Shown here: one piece after another, positions 47,360 through 56,997 of the stretch
How positions within the stretch are numbered: the first letter of the stretch is position 1
How the letters are laid out: every line of letters starts with the position of its first letter
Source of the DNA: an uncultured Bacilli bacterium
GTDB lineage: Bacteria; Bacillota_I; Bacilli_A; RF39; UBA660
Assembly: GCA_947585665.1 (NCBI GenBank)
Contig: CANPXE010000008.1
Coordinates: 11,294-75,293, forward strand
Direction of reading: 5' to 3'
DNA: 64,000 nt
Notes under the pieces: generated by a model
Databases searched by the model: none
What the model was told of the DNA's origin: nothing
Seen by the model: only the letters and a program-made list of their open reading frames with translations
Position numbers and translations under genes: made by a program

Positions 47360-48757
47360 TTGAAAAATATAAAAGAGTTATATGATACGGAATATGACTT
47401 TTTAGTTAAAGATATAAAGACTTCTTCTAAAGATATTGAAAAAGGTGATTTATTCGTTTGTATAAAAGGTGTTGTTGATCGTCACGATTTTATCCAAGAA
47501 GCTATTGAAAAAGGGTGTAGTGGTCTCATTGTTGAAAGAGGAAATAATTATCCTGTTCCTTTTATTAAGGTGAAGAATACTAATGAAGAGCTAGGACGCA
47601 TTTCAAAGAAATTTTATGATTACCAAAATACTCTAAAAATAATAGGAGTGACAGGAACTGATGGTAAGACAACGACATCTCTAATAATTAGAGATATGTT
47701 AGAAAGTTGTGGTTATATTGGAACAAATGGTGTTAAGAGCAATAAGATTAATTTAAATACGCAAAATACGACTCCAGAATTAAATCTAATTTATAAATAT
47801 TTAAAGATGTTTGAAGAAGAAGGTCTAAAGTATTCCAGTATGGAAGTATCAAGTGAAGGCCTTTTACACAATCGTGTTAAAGGTATTAAGTATGATATTG
47901 GGATATTAACTAATATTAGTGAAGATCATTTAAATGTCCATAAGACCCTTTCTAATTATATTAATACTAAAATAAAGATGTTTAAAAACATAAAAAAAGA
48001 AGGATATGCAGTTCTTAACCGTGATGACCGTTTCTATGATAAATTCTTAGAAAACTGTCAATGTCATACTTTTAGTTATGGATATGATGAAAAAAGTGAT
48101 TTGATTCTAAAAAAAGTCACTTTAAAAGAAGAAAATTCGCTTGTTTTGATAGAGTATAAGAAGAAAGAATACGAGATATTGTCTTCGTTAAAAGGCGAAT
48201 ACAATGCCTATAATCTTTTAGCGGGAATTGGCGCATTACTCTGTTTAGGTTTTGACATCGAAGATATTATAAAAAGAGTAAATAATATTAAACAAGTTAT
48301 GGGTCGTTGTGAAATAATTAATGTTGGAGATTTTAAAGTTGTATTAGACTATGCCCATACAGCTAATGGTTTAAAAAGTATTTTGAGTTATTTAGAAAAA
48401 ATTAAAAAAGGAAAGATAATTACTGTTACAGGTAGTGCAGGAGGACGCGAACGAGAAAAACGCAAAGAAATGGGAAGAGTTGTTCAAGAAAAGTCGGATT
48501 TAGTTATTTATACAATGGATGACCCTAGATTCGAAAGAGTTATTGATATCATTAATGAAATGAAGAATCCTGAAAAAAATAATTATTTAATTATTGAGAA
48601 CAGGAAAGATGCGATTGCCAAAGCATTGGAAATTGCTAGAAAAGATGATTTAGTTTTAGTTGCTGGTAAAGGACGAGATAACTACATGGCGATTGAAGAT
48701 AAGTATGTTAAATATTCAGATTATGACACAATAATGTCTTTACTTTCTAAGAATTAA
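47360..48757 (+). CDS. murE: UDP-MurNAc-L-Ala-D-Glu:diamino-acid ligase MurE
   Basis: The TTG start follows AGGTGAAG. GVTGTDGKTTT is present, and DDPR occupies the position of the DNPR motif, which suggests meso-DAP specificity. Confidence 0.88.
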   Translation: MKNIKELYDTEYDFLVKDIKTSSKDIEKGDLFVCIKGVVDRHDFIQEAIEKGCSGLIVERGNNYPVPFIKVKNTNEELGRISKKFYDYQNTLKIIGVTGTDGKTTTSLIIRDMLESCGYIGTNGVKSNKINLNTQNTTPELNLIYKYLKMFEEEGLKYSSMEVSSEGLLHNRVKGIKYDIGILTNISEDHLNVHKTLSNYINTKIKMFKNIKKEGYAVLNRDDRFYDKFLENCQCHTFSYGYDEKSDLILKKVTLKEENSLVLIEYKKKEYEILSSLKGEYNAYNLLAGIGALLCLGFDIEDIIKRVNNIKQVMGRCEIINVGDFKVVLDYAHTANGLKSILSYLEKIKKGKIITVTGSAGGREREKRKEMGRVVQEKSDLVIYTMDDPRFERVIDIINEMKNPEKNNYLIIENRKDAIAKALEIARKDDLVLVAGKGRDNYMAIEDKYVKYSDYDTIMSLLSKN

Positions 48758-48782
48758 TTCATATAATGATACTGGTGATAAT

Positions 48783-49316
48783 ATGGAATTAAAAGAAGCA
48801 ATTTATAATCGTAGAAGTATTCGTAAATACAAAGAGGGAAAAGTTCCTAAAGAAACAATTTTAGAAATAATAAAAGATGCGACTTGTGCACCATCAGGGC
48901 ATAATCTTCAACCTTGGAAATTTAAAATACTTGATGATGAAACGAAAAATAAATTGGCGACTACGCTATACGAAAAGTACAAAGACAAAAAAGGTTATAC
49001 AGCACCTTTTACTGCAGAAGTTATAAAAAGTCTTTCTACTTTAGTCGTTGTCTATTTGGATAGCGAAGAAAAAGATGAATTCAGTCGAACAATCAATCTT
49101 TTATCAATTGGTGGCATGATTGATGAAATTCTTTTATTAGCTGAAGAAAGAGGATTAGGTACTCTTTGGATAGCGGATACTAATAACATTATGGAAGAAA
49201 TAAAAGAAATAACGAGTGTCAATTTAGAGAGCATTTCGTGCATAGGTTTTGGATATAAAGATCAAAGTCCTAATAAGCGACCAAGAAAGAGTTTAGAAGA
49301 GATAATCATTGAATGA
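48783..49316 (+). CDS. nitroreductase-family protein
   Basis: The N-terminus has RRSIRKY, with PSGHNLQPW. Confidence 0.8.
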   Translation: MELKEAIYNRRSIRKYKEGKVPKETILEIIKDATCAPSGHNLQPWKFKILDDETKNKLATTLYEKYKDKKGYTAPFTAEVIKSLSTLVVVYLDSEEKDEFSRTINLLSIGGMIDEILLLAEERGLGTLWIADTNNIMEEIKEITSVNLESISCIGFGYKDQSPNKRPRKSLEEIIIE

Positions 49317-49328
49317 TTATCTTTTTTT
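49301..49328 (+). terminator. rho-independent terminator overlapping the stop codon
   Basis: GATAATCA-TTGAA-TGATTATC is followed by a T7 run. Confidence 0.7.
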
Positions 49329-49437
49329 ATAGAAATGTATTTGACACTTGAATAAAACAATTTATGTAAAGTTAACATTTTGCAGTTTGTAAATATTTAC
49401 ATATAGATTTATACTTATAATAGGTTAGGAGGCAATT

Positions 49438-49995
49438 ATGAAAAAAAAGAAAAAAATATCCGCATTAATGATTTTTTTAGCTCTTGTTTTAATAGTGACA
49501 GGATATTCTATTTTATTTATTAATGATTATACAGCTGATGCGGAAGAAACTATCTTTTCTGCCTCTATAATAAAAAACAACTATAAACCAAATAATATTG
49601 ATTTAGAAAAAATATCTCGTGAAATTAAAGATGTTGGAATATTTGATGTTAAGTATTACAATCAAGTTAAAAAAAATTATAATAAAAACATAGAAGAATT
49701 AAGAATAATTGAAAAACATATTCAAAATGTTGAATCAACTTCAAAAAATATCTTGTATCAATGTGACATTATGGATTATAATAATTATGATATCGATAAT
49801 AAGTGCGACACGATTGCCTACAATTATGAATCCATTATTAATGCCTATGTTTCAATGGTTAACAAATATAATGAAGTAATTGATGGTTATAATGAGTGGA
49901 ATACGAAAGATGCTTTAGAAAAATATAAACCATCAAATTATAGTGATTATGTTGATATAAAGTTAGATGGTGTCTTTTCTGGGGTGATCAAGTAA
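49438..49995 (+). CDS. membrane-anchored hypothetical protein
   Basis: The SD is TAGGAGG. The protein has an N-terminal TM and an N/Y/K-rich helical ectodomain. Confidence 0.6.
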   Translation: MKKKKKISALMIFLALVLIVTGYSILFINDYTADAEETIFSASIIKNNYKPNNIDLEKISREIKDVGIFDVKYYNQVKKNYNKNIEELRIIEKHIQNVESTSKNILYQCDIMDYNNYDIDNKCDTIAYNYESIINAYVSMVNKYNEVIDGYNEWNTKDALEKYKPSNYSDYVDIKLDGVFSGVIK

Positions 49996-50008
49996 AAGGA
50001 GGACGTTT

Positions 50009-51424
50009 ATGAACAAAGATGATCAAGACATCGAAATAATTGATGCTTTTGAAAATACAATGACTGTTTTTCATAAGACGCCTCATAACTACAATAATCA
50101 AGAAAAGAAAAAAGAAACAAATAAAAAGAAAATAAGTTTGGTAAAGAAAAAGAAGAACGCTAATCGAGTTAGCGTTTTTAAGGGTGAAGTAGAACCTAAT
50201 CGCATACTTCAAGTATCATTTATATTATTACCAATAGTTTGTTTGGTGTATGTCATATCTCTTCATAGTAATAGTTTGATAAATGAAAGAATTAGTATTT
50301 TTTCATTAGTTCTTATTGGTATATTATCAGTTTGTTTTATTATTGGATTAATTAAATTTTTTAAAACGAAACAAAAAATTAGTTCTATTATATTAAAAAC
50401 ATCTTTTGCTGGTGTGTATGTGTTAACATTTGTTGCTTCAGGTTTTTTACTATATGGAAGTGATAGTACAATTCGTGATTATATAATTGATAAGGCAATG
50501 ATGACGAGTAAGCATCAATATCTAGCTTTTTGGTTGTTTGATGATAATACTATTAGTGAAAGTTTAACACAGTTAAAACAAGCTACTAAAGTAGAATTAG
50601 ATGGTAGTGATAGGATAGAGTTTGAAGACATAACTTATAATCCAGCTATTTACGCTAACAAATATGAAGAAGATATTCTAAAAAAAGATAATGAAAATGA
50701 TTTGTATAAAATAATTAAAATTTCTGGTAAAACAATAGGTGCTGATCACAAATATCGCGGTTATTTGGTAGCTGTCTATGATCCATCGCGTGTTAAGATT
50801 GCAACTTCAACAGGTGCAGGTACTTATGAAGGATCTTATGGAGAAATTTTATCAATTATTGCTAAAAAGAATAAGGCTAAGATTGCTATGAATGCCGGGG
50901 GATTCTATGATCCTTTTTGGAACAGTAATGGTGGTATTCCCCATGGTGTTGTAATCAAAGATGGTGTTGTTCAAAGTGAGTTCCGCCGTGGTATTTCTAC
51001 TGGTGGAATGGTTGCTTTTACTAACGATAATAAGTTAATTCTTAAACGTATGACAGCTGAAGAAGCTCTTGCTATGGGAGTTAGAGATGCAGTTGATTGG
51101 GGACCATTCTTAATTGTCAATGGTAAAAATCAATTTGCAAATGTAAATTACTATTCTTGGGCAACATCAAGAACGGCAATTGGACAAAGAAAAGACGGAA
51201 TTGTATTACTTCTTGTCATTGATGGTGGAAACCAACCAGGAAGTTTTGGAGCAAGCTATGCTGATGTTGCTAAGATAATGGAAAATTATGGTGCTGTTAA
51301 TGCTGCTAATATGGATGGTGGAACATCAACAGCTCTTGTTGAAGACAACAAATACGTAAATACGCCTTGGAATGGACAACAAAGAACAATTCGTAGTCTT
51401 CCTAATGCTTGGATTGTTAAATAG
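50009..51424 (+). CDS. membrane-anchored phosphodiester glycosidase-family protein (DUF2233/NAGPA-like)
   Basis: AMNAGGFYDP, TAIGQRKDGIVLLLVIDGG and AANMDGGTSTAL are motifs I recall from that family. The N-terminal region has 3 TM helices. Confidence 0.7.
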   Translation: MNKDDQDIEIIDAFENTMTVFHKTPHNYNNQEKKKETNKKKISLVKKKKNANRVSVFKGEVEPNRILQVSFILLPIVCLVYVISLHSNSLINERISIFSLVLIGILSVCFIIGLIKFFKTKQKISSIILKTSFAGVYVLTFVASGFLLYGSDSTIRDYIIDKAMMTSKHQYLAFWLFDDNTISESLTQLKQATKVELDGSDRIEFEDITYNPAIYANKYEEDILKKDNENDLYKIIKISGKTIGADHKYRGYLVAVYDPSRVKIATSTGAGTYEGSYGEILSIIAKKNKAKIAMNAGGFYDPFWNSNGGIPHGVVIKDGVVQSEFRRGISTGGMVAFTNDNKLILKRMTAEEALAMGVRDAVDWGPFLIVNGKNQFANVNYYSWATSRTAIGQRKDGIVLLLVIDGGNQPGSFGASYADVAKIMENYGAVNAANMDGGTSTALVEDNKYVNTPWNGQQRTIRSLPNAWIVK

Positions 51425-51485
51425 ATTAGTCGTTTATTGACGTATTTTGTAAAATGAAAACATATAATTGATTGAGGTCGATTAT

Positions 51486-52181
51486 ATGTTTTTTAAATTA
51501 CTTGATTTACTTAAAACTTTCTTTATGTTTACAGGAAGTTATTCTAACAATGTTTTTTATGATCCGTTATCTCCAGAAGAAGAGGAAAAATATATTAAAC
51601 TTTTACAAATGGGCGATAAAGAAGCCCGTAATAAATTAATTGAACACAATCTTCGTCTAGTTGCTCATATCGTTAAGAAGTTTGATAGCAAGAATGCTGA
51701 TCAAGATGATTTGATTAGTATTGGAACTATTGGCTTAATAAAAGGTGTGGACTCTTATTCACCGTCCCGTGGTACTAAAATAACTACTTATTGTGCTCGT
51801 TGCATTGAAAATGAGATCTTGATGTTCTTTCGCAGTAACAATAAAAATGATAAGAATATCTCTTTAAATGAACCGATTGGTTTTGATAAAGATGGGAACG
51901 AAATAACGGTTATGGATGTCTTAAAGTTACCAAGTCCAGATTTTATTGATGATATTCAAACTAAAGATAATATAAAATTGTTAAAAAAATATATAAATGT
52001 TTTAACTGATCGCGAAAAAGAAATAATTATTAAAAGATATGGTCTTGATAATAATCTAGAACAGACGCAAAGAGCGATTGCTAAAGAATTAAAAATATCA
52101 AGAAGTTATGTATCAAGAATTGAAAAGAGAGCTCTTACTAAAATATTTAGGGAATTTATAAAAGAAAATAATTCCAAATAG
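51486..52181 (+). CDS. sigK: sporulation sigma factor pro-sigma-K, uninterrupted
   Basis: LIEHNLRLVAHIVKKF, DLISIGTIGLIKGVDSY, TYCARCIENEILMFFR and ISRSYVSRIEKRAL are near-identical in pattern to B. subtilis SigK. The N-terminal pro-sequence MFFKLLDLLKTFFMFTGS/YSNNVFYDPL aligns with the B. subtilis cleavage site. The ATG at 51486 follows GAGG. Confidence 0.9.
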   Translation: MFFKLLDLLKTFFMFTGSYSNNVFYDPLSPEEEEKYIKLLQMGDKEARNKLIEHNLRLVAHIVKKFDSKNADQDDLISIGTIGLIKGVDSYSPSRGTKITTYCARCIENEILMFFRSNNKNDKNISLNEPIGFDKDGNEITVMDVLKLPSPDFIDDIQTKDNIKLLKKYINVLTDREKEIIIKRYGLDNNLEQTQRAIAKELKISRSYVSRIEKRALTKIFREFIKENNSK

Positions 52182-52203
52182 AGATGAATATCATCTCTTT
52201 TTC
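52181..52203 (+). terminator. rho-independent terminator after sigK
   Basis: GAGATGA-ATA-TCATCTC is followed by TTTTT. Confidence 0.7.
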
Positions 52204-52268
52204 TTTACAAAATGCCTAAAAATAACTATACTATAATTAAGATAGTATAGATAATAGAAGGTGATAAG

Positions 52269-53657
52269 ATGAATAAGAAACTTATCAAAATATTGATTGG
52301 TATAGGTTGCTTTGTCATTGTTATTGTAGTTGGTAGTATTTTCTTTTTTAAGAATTTAATATCTTTAAAAGGTGATGAAGTTGTTCAAGTTGCCTTAAAT
52401 AGTAACTATGAAGAAAAGGGTGCAAAAACTAATTTTATAGATGATGATAATATTAAGATAACGGGTGAAGTTAACAACAAGAAAGTTGGAACTTATAAGA
52501 TAAAATATGAAGTTAAATTTTTAGGAATTAAAGTTGATAAGTATCGTACTGTTGAAGTAGTTGATCGTGAAGCTCCGGAATTGACCTTAAAAGGTGGCGA
52601 AACAGTTAATGTTTGTGGGGATGCTAAATACGAAGAAGAAGGTTATACTGCAACTGATGCTTATGATGGTGATTTAACCGATAAAGTTAAAATTGAAGAA
52701 AAAGATAACATTATCTTTTACACTGTTGAAGATAAGAGTGGTAATAAGACAACCGTTCGTAGATACATAAATCGTGATGATAAAGAAGCCCCTAAACTCA
52801 CATTAGTTGGTAGTGAAACTGATTCGGTTGTATTAAATTCTAAATATAGTGATCCAGGATACAAAGTTAGTGATAATTGTAGTGAAAAAGTTGATGTTAA
52901 AGTCGAAGGAAAAGTTGATACCAGTAAAGTTGGAAGTTATACTTTAACATATACGGCAACGGATGGTGTTGGTAATACGACAACCGTTAAAAGATATGTT
53001 AAGGTAACCAATAATACTAATAAATGTGTCATCTATTTAACTTTTGATGATGGACCATCTAAAACATCAACACCAAAGATCTTGGAAATATTAAAAAAGA
53101 AAAATGTTAAAGCAACATTCTTTGTCATAAATCATAGTTCTAGTCTAGATTATTTGATTAAACAAGAATACAATGAAGGACATACGGTGGCACTACACAG
53201 TTATACGCATAATTATAAAACTGTTTATTCTTCTAAAACAGCTTTCTATAACGATTTAGAAAAAATTCAAGATAAAGTTGAAAAACTAACAGGCGTTAAA
53301 CAAATGATTACCCGTTTCCCTGGTGGTAGTAGTAATACTGTTAGTAGAAATTATCAAAAAGGAATTATGAGTGAGTTAACAAAAGAGATGAAAGAAAAAG
53401 GATATCACTATTTTGACTGGAATGTTAGTAGTGGTGATGCTGGTGGTGCTAAAACAAGTAATGATGTCTATAAAAATGTTACAAAAGGTATAAGTACTAA
53501 ACGAAGTAATAATGTTGTCCTAATGCATGACTTTGAAAATAATAATAAAACAGTAAATGCTTTAGAGCGAATTATTGACTATGGACTTGCAAAAGGATGT
53601 AGATTTGATAAAATAGATATGACAACACCAATGGTTACACACGGAGTAAACAATTAA
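52269..53657 (+). CDS. membrane-anchored polysaccharide deacetylase (NodB) with two Ig-like (DUF5011-type) repeats
   Basis: There are two EAP(E/K)LTL.G....V repeats, then the NodB motifs LTFDDGPS and HSYTH. Confidence 0.85.
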   Translation: MNKKLIKILIGIGCFVIVIVVGSIFFFKNLISLKGDEVVQVALNSNYEEKGAKTNFIDDDNIKITGEVNNKKVGTYKIKYEVKFLGIKVDKYRTVEVVDREAPELTLKGGETVNVCGDAKYEEEGYTATDAYDGDLTDKVKIEEKDNIIFYTVEDKSGNKTTVRRYINRDDKEAPKLTLVGSETDSVVLNSKYSDPGYKVSDNCSEKVDVKVEGKVDTSKVGSYTLTYTATDGVGNTTTVKRYVKVTNNTNKCVIYLTFDDGPSKTSTPKILEILKKKNVKATFFVINHSSSLDYLIKQEYNEGHTVALHSYTHNYKTVYSSKTAFYNDLEKIQDKVEKLTGVKQMITRFPGGSSNTVSRNYQKGIMSELTKEMKEKGYHYFDWNVSSGDAGGAKTSNDVYKNVTKGISTKRSNNVVLMHDFENNNKTVNALERIIDYGLAKGCRFDKIDMTTPMVTHGVNN

Positions 53658-53667
53658 GGAGTAATTT

Positions 53668-55347
53668 ATGAAAAAGAATAATGGAATAAAATTATGGGGT
53701 TTATTAATTAGTTTATTAGCATTTCTTTTAATTCCTATGAATATTTATGCTGAGGGCAATGATAAAGTTGTAGTAAGTGGTGATAGTACAGTTGCAGCAG
53801 GAGCAAAAAATGTAAAATATACTGTAACTTTTACTCCTGATACAGCTAATGCTGATAAAAATTGGACTAAATTTAAAGCTGATGTAAGTTATAGTAGTTC
53901 AATTTTAAAGTTTGAATCAGTTGAAGTAGGAAAAGGATGGAGCGGAATTAAAAAAGATAATGGGATTGAACTTAGTGTTTCTGATGGTACTGCTGCTACT
54001 GGGAATATAGTTGCTACATTAGTATTTAGTGTTTTAGATAGTCCTAAAACAAAAAATGATACTATAACATTAAAAAATGTAATGGTTTCTTATTCTAATG
54101 AAGTAGAAGAAAGTCCAGATACATCATTAAGCATTTCTAAGGTAACAGGTCAATCAATTCGTTTAAAAGAAACTGATAATACTTTAAAAAGTTTAAAAGT
54201 TAATGGAACAGCTGTTGATGGCTTTAAGTCAGATACATTTGAATACGATGTAAATGTTGAATCTTCTGTAAGTACTGCTAAAATAGTTGCGACAGTCAAT
54301 GAAAGCCATGCTAAATTAAAAGATGGTAGTGGTAATCGTACTGTCAATTTAGATTATGGTAGTAATACTATTAAAGTAATAGTTGTTAGTGAAAGTGGTA
54401 AAGAACAAACTTATACTTTAAATGTTACAAGAGAAGATACACGTAGTACGGATGCCACTTTATCTAGTATTACAGTTGATGGTGAACCAATTGAAAATTT
54501 TAGTAGTACAACTTATAAATATGCTTTAAAGAAATATAAACTTACGGCATTGGCTAAAGTTGATGCTAAAACGACTGATGAAAAAGCAAAATTTGTTGTA
54601 ACACCACCTAAATCTTTAGTTGTTGGTGAAAATACTTATACAATTACTGTTACATCTGAAAAAGGTGATACATCTATTTATACAGTTGTTGTTAACAATG
54701 TTGAGAATGCTATTAATAAAAAGTTAAAGACTTTATCTGTTAAAGGATATGATATCAACTTTGATTGTAATAATAATCGTTATGAGATTCGTTATAACAA
54801 AAGTAAATTTAAAAAATTACATATTTATTACACGACGATGGGCGCAAGTGATGAAGTTGTCGCAACACTTTCACCTGATATCAATAATGATGAAGAAGCT
54901 CTTAAAGATTTAACAGTCGGTGATGAAATAACAATAACAGTAACTGGTATTGATGGTGAAAAAGTTGAATACACTATTGTTGTTGTCAAAGATAATCGTA
55001 TCAGTTTCTTCCTCGTTTTAGAGATTTTCTTAATCATTGTTATCGCCGGTGTCATCATTGTTCTTGTCATTAAAAGAAAAAAAGATAATGAACAAAAGAG
55101 TAAAAGAAAACCTAGTAATTATAAGACAACTAAGGTAGCTAAAAAAGAAGAAAAAGAACCAGAAGAAGAAAGAGAAGAGACTACTCCAAGAAGAAGATCA
55201 AGAAGTGCTGTCGAGATAGTTGAAAGTGATCGCCCTAAACGTCGTCGTTTCTCAATTTATGAAGATGAATATGAAGAGGTTGAAGTAGAAGTTGATGATG
55301 AAGACGAAGATGACGACCTTTCTTCAACAAAAGAGTTCCGTCGTTAA
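53668..55347 (+). CDS. surface protein: cohesin-like domain plus cadherin-like beta-sandwich repeats, C-terminal TM and charged tail
   Basis: After the signal peptide, at least three repeats have the pattern LKSLKVNG...F..DTFEYDVNV / LSSITVDGEPIENFSSTTYKY / LKTLSVKGYDINF. A TM (FFLVLEIFLIIVIAGVIIVLVI) is followed by a K/R/E/D-rich ~90-aa tail. Confidence 0.7.
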   Translation: MKKNNGIKLWGLLISLLAFLLIPMNIYAEGNDKVVVSGDSTVAAGAKNVKYTVTFTPDTANADKNWTKFKADVSYSSSILKFESVEVGKGWSGIKKDNGIELSVSDGTAATGNIVATLVFSVLDSPKTKNDTITLKNVMVSYSNEVEESPDTSLSISKVTGQSIRLKETDNTLKSLKVNGTAVDGFKSDTFEYDVNVESSVSTAKIVATVNESHAKLKDGSGNRTVNLDYGSNTIKVIVVSESGKEQTYTLNVTREDTRSTDATLSSITVDGEPIENFSSTTYKYALKKYKLTALAKVDAKTTDEKAKFVVTPPKSLVVGENTYTITVTSEKGDTSIYTVVVNNVENAINKKLKTLSVKGYDINFDCNNNRYEIRYNKSKFKKLHIYYTTMGASDEVVATLSPDINNDEEALKDLTVGDEITITVTGIDGEKVEYTIVVVKDNRISFFLVLEIFLIIVIAGVIIVLVIKRKKDNEQKSKRKPSNYKTTKVAKKEEKEPEEEREETTPRRRSRSAVEIVESDRPKRRRFSIYEDEYEEVEVEVDDEDEDDDLSSTKEFRR

Positions 55348-55360
55348 ATATTAAATAAAA

Positions 55361-55393
55361 TTAGAAATAAACAGGTGTTTATTTCTAATTTTT
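55361..55393 (+). terminator. rho-independent terminator
   Basis: The 12-bp stem TTAGAAATAAAC-AGGT-GTTTATTTCTAA is followed by TTTTT. The tracked GTG start at 55375 lies inside this stem. Confidence 0.75.
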
Positions 55394-55407
55394 CTAAGGA
55401 GATTTTT

Positions 55408-55926
55408 ATGAAAAAATTAATTCCTAATAGTTATTATAAAAGTATTTATGATATTGATTATGATAAGTTAAAGAAGATGGGTATTAAATGTCTAATGTTT
55501 GATTTAGATAATACGCTTGCTTTAATCGATGAGGGTGTTCCACCTGAAAAAGTCTTAAAATTGATTAAAAAGCTGAATAAAAATTTTGATACTTATATTC
55601 TTTCTAATAATACTCATGAACGCATTTCTAAGTTTTGTGAACCTTTCGCAGCAGAATTTGTTTCTTTTGCTTTAAAACCTCTTTCGCGTGGTTTCAAAAA
55701 AATAGCTGAAAAGAAAAAGTATCAACATGCTGAGATGTGCGTCATAGGGGATCAATTGATGACAGATGTTCTTGGCGGAAATCGTTTTGGGTGTTATACT
55801 ATATTGGTCGATCCCCTTAGTGAAAAAGATTTGAAATGGACGACATTGAACCGCTTTGTAGAAAATCTTTGTTTGAAAAGACTAAAGAAAAAGCAGATTT
55901 TAGAAAGAGGCAAATATTATGAGTGA
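55408..55926 (+). CDS. yqeG: YqeG-family HAD phosphatase
   Basis: The HAD motif I MFDLDNTL is present. The ATG follows TAAGGAG. The synteny with yqeH matches B. subtilis. Confidence 0.8.
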   Translation: MKKLIPNSYYKSIYDIDYDKLKKMGIKCLMFDLDNTLALIDEGVPPEKVLKLIKKLNKNFDTYILSNNTHERISKFCEPFAAEFVSFALKPLSRGFKKIAEKKKYQHAEMCVIGDQLMTDVLGGNRFGCYTILVDPLSEKDLKWTTLNRFVENLCLKRLKKKQILERGKYYE

Positions 55927-56923
55927 TAAATTCTGTATTGGTTGTGGTATCAAATTACAAGATGAAAATATCAGTCAATTAGGATATACTACTAATCTTG
56001 AAAATGATATATGTAGTCGTTGTTTTAGAATGAAAAATTATGGTGAATATCAAATTGTTACTAATTCTAATGATGATTATATAAATATTTTAAAAGAAGT
56101 TAATAAGAAAAAAGATTTAGTTCTATACATAGTTGATTGTCTAAATTTTGGAGAAGATATCGCAAGTATTAGAAAATATCTTTCTAATAAAATGCTTTTA
56201 GTTTTGAATAAGCGTGACGTTTTGCCTAAAAGTGTTAAAGATGAAAAGATAATTTCTTATATTAAAAATTTGAATTGTGATTTTGAAGATATCATAGTAG
56301 TAAGTGCTTTAAAAAATTATAATATTGATCTTTTAATGCAGAAGATAGATAAGTACAAAACGAGTAAAAATGTTTATGTCGTTGGTAATACTAATGTTGG
56401 TAAGAGTAGTTTGATTAATAAAATCATTAAGAATTATTCCGAACAAGAAGGTGCCTTGACGATATCACCACTTCCTTCAACAACCTTAAATAAAATAAGT
56501 ATAAAGTTGAATGAAAAATTAACTTTAATAGATACTCCAGGATTAGTCAATCGTGGAAACTTAATTAATTATATAGGAAATGACTTAGTTAAAAAAGTTA
56601 ATCCACGCAAAGAAATTAAACCTAAAACTTATCAAATTAGAAATAATCAATGTTTAGTTATTGGTGATTTATTCAGAATTGATTATTTAGAAGGGGAAAA
56701 GAATAGTTTTACTGTTTTTTGTTCAAATGATATTAAAGTAAAGCGTTATAATCGTCAAAAATGTGAACTATTAAAGAATCTTTCCCAAAAGAGTTTTGAT
56801 GTTTCTTATCATCAAGATTTAGTTGTTGATGGCTTAGGATTTATAAAAATAGTATCTAAGGCCAAAGTCGATGTTTATGTCGATATAAATGTTAGTGTTT
56901 TTATACGAGATTCAATAATCTAA
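55919..56923 (+). CDS. yqeH: ribosome-biogenesis GTPase YqeH
   Basis: The N-terminal zinc finger is CIGCG...CSRCF. The G domain is circularly permuted, with LNKRD before GNTNVGKSSLIN. Confidence 0.88.
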   Translation: MSDKFCIGCGIKLQDENISQLGYTTNLENDICSRCFRMKNYGEYQIVTNSNDDYINILKEVNKKKDLVLYIVDCLNFGEDIASIRKYLSNKMLLVLNKRDVLPKSVKDEKIISYIKNLNCDFEDIIVVSALKNYNIDLLMQKIDKYKTSKNVYVVGNTNVGKSSLINKIIKNYSEQEGALTISPLPSTTLNKISIKLNEKLTLIDTPGLVNRGNLINYIGNDLVKKVNPRKEIKPKTYQIRNNQCLVIGDLFRIDYLEGEKNSFTVFCSNDIKVKRYNRQKCELLKNLSQKSFDVSYHQDLVVDGLGFIKIVSKAKVDVYVDINVSVFIRDSII

Positions 56924-56935
56924 TAAAAAAATATA

Positions 56936-56973
56936 AAAAGACCGCAAAAAGTTTGTATTTTGGTCTTTTTTTT
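56936..56973 (+). terminator. probable terminator after yqeH
   Basis: AAAAGACC...GGTCTTTT is followed by a T-run. The tracked TTG start at 56953 lies inside it. Confidence 0.5.
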
Positions 56974-56997
56974 ATTATAATTAATATGGGTGTAAAT

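Noticed and set aside
51468-52181. Possibility that sigK is interrupted by a skin-like element, or that this gene is sigE.
   Set aside because: The ORF is continuous and covers regions 2-4. The pro-sequence junction and the LIEHNLRLVAHIVKKF motif match SigK rather than SigE.
55081-55330. An apparent purine-rich DNA repeat. Similar tracts occur at 35760..35880 and 38230..38340.
   Set aside because: These are coding low-complexity K/E/D-rich linkers or tails within good ORFs, not tandem DNA repeats or arrays.
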